Positions 60,706 to 64,000 of a stretch of 64,000 nucleotides of DNA are shown piece after piece (the stretch's first letter is position 1; every line of letters starts with the position of its first letter). Both the position numbers and the translations under genes were made by a program. The notes beneath the pieces were generated by a model. The model saw only the letters and a list, made by a program, of their open reading frames with translations. It searched no databases and was not told where the DNA came from. Source of the DNA: Candidatus Poribacteria bacterium (lineage in GTDB: Bacteria; Poribacteria; WGA-4E; WGA-3G); the NCBI GenBank assembly GCA_965215265.1, contig OZ244048.1, positions 3,872,001 to 3,936,000 of the forward strand, read 5' to 3'.

Positions 60706-61560
60706 ATGGCGCAAAAGCCCAGCAGAATTGAGATACAACAGAGGTTTCCGAAAAGCACCTTTTCTCTTTGGTGCTTACTCTTCTGTTGGTTTGCACTACT
60801 TTCTTGTGAACCCGGATTGGCCTCAGAAGAGGAAATAGCAAAATTTATGGAGAAATTCGCGGTCTACAAACAGAAGCAAAAAGAATCTGTCACAAAATTA
60901 GCATCAATCCCCTTAAGCGAGGATGGACAAAAACTCTTGGTGCAACTGCTCAATGAAAAAGGAAGTTTAGAGGCCATTCTCTCAAGTCAACTGTATCTTG
61001 ACTATCTAAAAACAGAAGTTGGCGCGGCTTATGAGGATTTTCCAACCTATTTTGCTGAAATGCCTACACCCGAATTGAAATCAAAGACGAGGCTCGCCTT
61101 TAAAGAGATCCTCCCGCCAAAGGCAACACCTCAAGAAATTCAACATTGTGTGAATTTCTATTTCAAGGTGCGCAAATTGTTCTCAGAGGAGCCGGATATC
61201 CTCAACAAGAACCCAGGAAAATTTGCCGCGTTCCACTTGGAACACTTCAGTGACCCAATAATGAAAGACTACACAAAAGAGGAACTTCTTTCCAAGTTCC
61301 CCCAAATCATGCAGCTCGGCATGGTGCCCCCCGTCATAGCTAATCAGGAAACACAAGTGTATCATGACGCTTGGCACCAACGCTTGAAAACGCACGGGGC
61401 ACACGAAGGGTTGCTGCGGTGTGCTATCACAACCCCTAACCAATTTGCCCTAATACGTTCATTTTTTGAAGAACCCGGGGCATTGGAAAAATGGATTTTG
61501 GAACCGCTAAAACCGGCTGAACCTAAACAGAACCCGCAAAACAAGAAAGGGGATAAATGA
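60706..61560 (+). CDS. Exported hypothetical protein (possible lipoprotein)
   Basis: RBS AGGAG; hydrophobic stretch ending LLSC. Confidence 0.75.
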   Translation: MAQKPSRIEIQQRFPKSTFSLWCLLFCWFALLSCEPGLASEEEIAKFMEKFAVYKQKQKESVTKLASIPLSEDGQKLLVQLLNEKGSLEAILSSQLYLDYLKTEVGAAYEDFPTYFAEMPTPELKSKTRLAFKEILPPKATPQEIQHCVNFYFKVRKLFSEEPDILNKNPGKFAAFHLEHFSDPIMKDYTKEELLSKFPQIMQLGMVPPVIANQETQVYHDAWHQRLKTHGAHEGLLRCAITTPNQFALIRSFFEEPGALEKWILEPLKPAEPKQNPQNKKGDK

Positions 61561-61628
61561 AAACGACTTCAATTGCCGCTGATTCCAGCAACGCTTGCTG
61601 ACCAAGAACTGGCAGGCCTATATTTTAC

Positions 61629-61657
61629 TTGACATGTTTTTAAACATGTTATATAGT
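61629..61657 (+). promoter_or_regulatory. sigma70 promoter with an overlapping palindromic operator
   Basis: TTGACA-17-TATAGT; ACATGTTT-TT-AAACATGT at 61632-61649. Confidence 0.7.
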
Positions 61658-61824
61658 TGTATTATTGTGACGAACGCCTTTCACTCTTTATCAACTTGAT
61701 TTGTATTGTTGGTGGGGGCTCGAGCTCGCCTGTCGAAAAAGAAACTTATTAACGTACTGTCGCAAATTATCCGCTCCTTCACTCAACACGGCCAGATATT
61801 CCTAGAAAACAAAACGGAGAATCA

Positions 61825-63147
61825 TTGATGACAAATCAACGAGAAGGTACTTGCCGGGAGTTGCTCCACGTCCTTATCATAGAGGACACCCCCACTGCGA
61901 ATAGAATACGCCACATCCTTGAAGAGCACGGTTATGAATTCTCTCCTATAGCATCAGACGGGGATAGCCTGCTTGTGCCTGAGGGAAGCGAGGCATTTCG
62001 GACGATTACGGACTTAGCTCCGGAGGCGACAGTCATGACAGTTCAGGCAGCAAAGCAGCAGGCTGACAAGGTTCCACCGACATCGCACCCTGTTTCCGAG
62101 GAAAGGACAGAAACTTCTTCAGAACTTCACACAAGAGAAGAGTTGAAAGGAAATTACGCCAATATCATTGGAGACAGCCCGCCGGTTTTTGCAATGCTGC
62201 AAGAGATTGATGATTTTGCTCAGACTGATGCCCATGTCCTTATTTTAGGTGAAACTGGGACGGGCAAAGAGCTCGTCGCGCAAGCCATCCACCGAAATGG
62301 TGCCAGATCCGAAAAGAGGATGCTTACTGTTAACTGCGCTGCGATTTCACCACACCTGATACTCACAGAGCTATTTGGTTATGAGAAAGGTGCATTTACC
62401 GGGGCAGATAAACAACAGATTGGACTGTTTGAAGCGGCGAAGGCATCGACGCTCTTCCTTGATGAAATAGGGGAATTATCGCTTGAGCTTCAAGCCGTGC
62501 TGCTGCGAGTGCTAGAGGAACGCACGATTCGCCGAGTCGGAGGGGTCACAGAAATTCCGGTGGATGTCCGGGTTATCGCGGCCACCAACCAAGATCTGCC
62601 AAAAGAAGTTGCCGCCGGGAAGTTTCGCGAAGACCTTTATGAACGTTTAAAAACGTTGAGTATCTCCACGCCATCATTGCGAGAACGGAAGGAAGATATT
62701 CCGGCATTAGCACAACACTTTTTAGATATAGAGAGCATGCATAACCGGCAACCGGTAGGTAAGATAACGGAAGCAGCCTACTCATGTCTCCAAGCCTATA
62801 CTTGGCCCCGGAATATACGGCAGTTGAAGAATACGATCTTAAGCACAATGCTCCGTGCTAAAGGCAGCGATATCTTGCCCAAACATCTCCCTGAAGAAGT
62901 CCAACAACCTCTAGCACCCCAATTCAGTTCTCCTGAAGAAGCAGCAAAACGTCAGGAGGTATACGTTATAGACTTTTCGCTCAGAAGAACGTTGGGGGAA
63001 ACCATCGCATCGGTGGAGAGAACGTGCTTGCTCCATACTTTAGCGCGAACCAATGAGAATCGCACCCACGCCGCACAGGCTCTAGGGCTAGAACTCCGGA
63101 CCTTCTATCGCAAATTAAGACGACATCACATCTCGCGTATGCATTAG
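61825..63147 (+). CDS. sigma54-dependent enhancer-binding protein (AAA+, Fis HTH) with a degenerate receiver domain
   Basis: GETGTGKE, ELFGYEKGAFTGA, FLDEIG, FREDLY, WPRNIRQL, C-terminal HTH. Confidence 0.95.
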   Translation: MMTNQREGTCRELLHVLIIEDTPTANRIRHILEEHGYEFSPIASDGDSLLVPEGSEAFRTITDLAPEATVMTVQAAKQQADKVPPTSHPVSEERTETSSELHTREELKGNYANIIGDSPPVFAMLQEIDDFAQTDAHVLILGETGTGKELVAQAIHRNGARSEKRMLTVNCAAISPHLILTELFGYEKGAFTGADKQQIGLFEAAKASTLFLDEIGELSLELQAVLLRVLEERTIRRVGGVTEIPVDVRVIAATNQDLPKEVAAGKFREDLYERLKTLSISTPSLRERKEDIPALAQHFLDIESMHNRQPVGKITEAAYSCLQAYTWPRNIRQLKNTILSTMLRAKGSDILPKHLPEEVQQPLAPQFSSPEEAAKRQEVYVIDFSLRRTLGETIASVERTCLLHTLARTNENRTHAAQALGLELRTFYRKLRRHHISRMH

Positions 63148-63203
63148 CTGTGAGTGTGGCTGCCCCTTGTTGTCACGGGCTACGTCTGTCCGGCTTGTTA
63201 TGA

Positions 63204-64000
63204 CTACACAACACTGAAAGCATAAAGTCTCGCTTTATTCAGGACAAAACGGAACCGCAACGGCTGCTGTGCCTCTGCTAACGCAGCAGACTGCCATTGC
63301 ACCGAATGCCGTATCTTATCCTCTGTCAACGGCATGCACTTCTCTATCGAAAATCCGGGTTGCACTTCTCTACCCACTGTCAGCACTTCAACACGTACTT
63401 GGCCTGCTGTAGCATCCGCATTAATTTGTAAGGTGCCATCTGGAATGCGTAAGGGGACGGTTTCAACGATACCCTCACTCGCATCAGCATCAAGAGAGAC
63501 GAAGCCGTCTAATCGCCATTTCGCCAGTCCAATCTCCTTATGTCTATCTTTCATCGCAGCACCGTGGGTGTGGACTGTCCCAGTATAGTACCAGTGAATC
63601 GCATCGTCGGTAATAATCGGTCGTGTTGCGGTTCCCATAATCATCCCGCTGTCAAATGTGCCGGGTGCTCCCCGTCGAATAATTGGGGTGCGATTCTCGT
63701 CGGGGTAATGCCAATTGATGCCATCCCGGCTGCACACGAGTTGCGCGTCAATCGGACCATCCACCGGAATTTCATGTTCCGCTGCCCCCGGTCCCGTCAC
63801 GTATAATACACCGGCGATGCCGATGTAGATGTTATGATAAAGGAACCCTGACAGGTTATGAATTTCCGCCCGCGTCGCGCCATATCTCTCAACTCCAACT
63901 TCATCGTCCTGACGGTTTGCCCGGAACATCGGTTGAAGGGGTGCCCAAGGCCCCTCCAAGTGTCGGCCTTCGGTATAGTGGATCATCCGTCGTGCGTCTT
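63204..64000 (-). CDS. Glycoside-hydrolase-like beta-propeller protein, 5'-partial
   Basis: SRDGINW, FDSGM, WYYTG, RLDGFVS, LQINAD, LYAF; continues beyond the window. Confidence 0.7.
   Translation of the reverse strand, partial: DARRMIHYTEGRHLEGPWAPLQPMFRANRQDDEVGVERYGATRAEIHNLSGFLYHNIYIGIAGVLYVTGPGAAEHEIPVDGPIDAQLVCSRDGINWHYPDENRTPIIRRGAPGTFDSGMIMGTATRPIITDDAIHWYYTGTVHTHGAAMKDRHKEIGLAKWRLDGFVSLDADASEGIVETVPLRIPDGTLQINADATAGQVRVEVLTVGREVQPGFSIEKCMPLTEDKIRHSVQWQSAALAEAQQPLRFRFVLNKARLYAFSVV

Overview
A 64-kb bacterial window whose gene content points, by inference, to Candidatus Poribacteria or a close relative: DUF5916/CBM9, PhyH, DUF6785-type transporter, WD40 and PD40 propellers, an FGE-sulfatase domain and a C-terminal 'VEPxxxLTTxWGxLK' motif. 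About 3-37 kb and 39.6-49.6 kb are largely intact metabolic and envelope genes. These include a pyrR-pyrC-carA-carB operon with a sigma70 promoter, PyrR-binding loop and attenuator but no pyrB. Three DNA-modification loci are present: a Type IIG RM gene, a TdeIII-like RM pair whose endonuclease is frameshifted in an A8 tract, and an orphan MTase. Two accessory regions stand out. (1) 37.7-39.2 kb is an A/C-rich cluster of small tandem paralogues carrying a duplicated hairpin+RBS unit. (2) 49.7-63.1 kb is a partly decayed island with three identical sigma54 promoters (TGGCATAGATATTGCA), a ~650-bp duplicated promoter/leader block, candidate enhancer palindromes and an adjacent GAFTGA activator. 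The genes downstream of those promoters encode a 16-Cys exported peptide, a WD40 protein, a GT39 enzyme and lipoproteins. The island also holds a 578-bp deleted IS with TIRs and TSD, and a two-repeat orphan CRISPR mini-array. A palindromic REP-like element occurs four times, once with a matching empty site, and a rod-like 6S-RNA-like candidate lies at ~2.8-3.0 kb. All calls come from reading the sequence; no searches were run.
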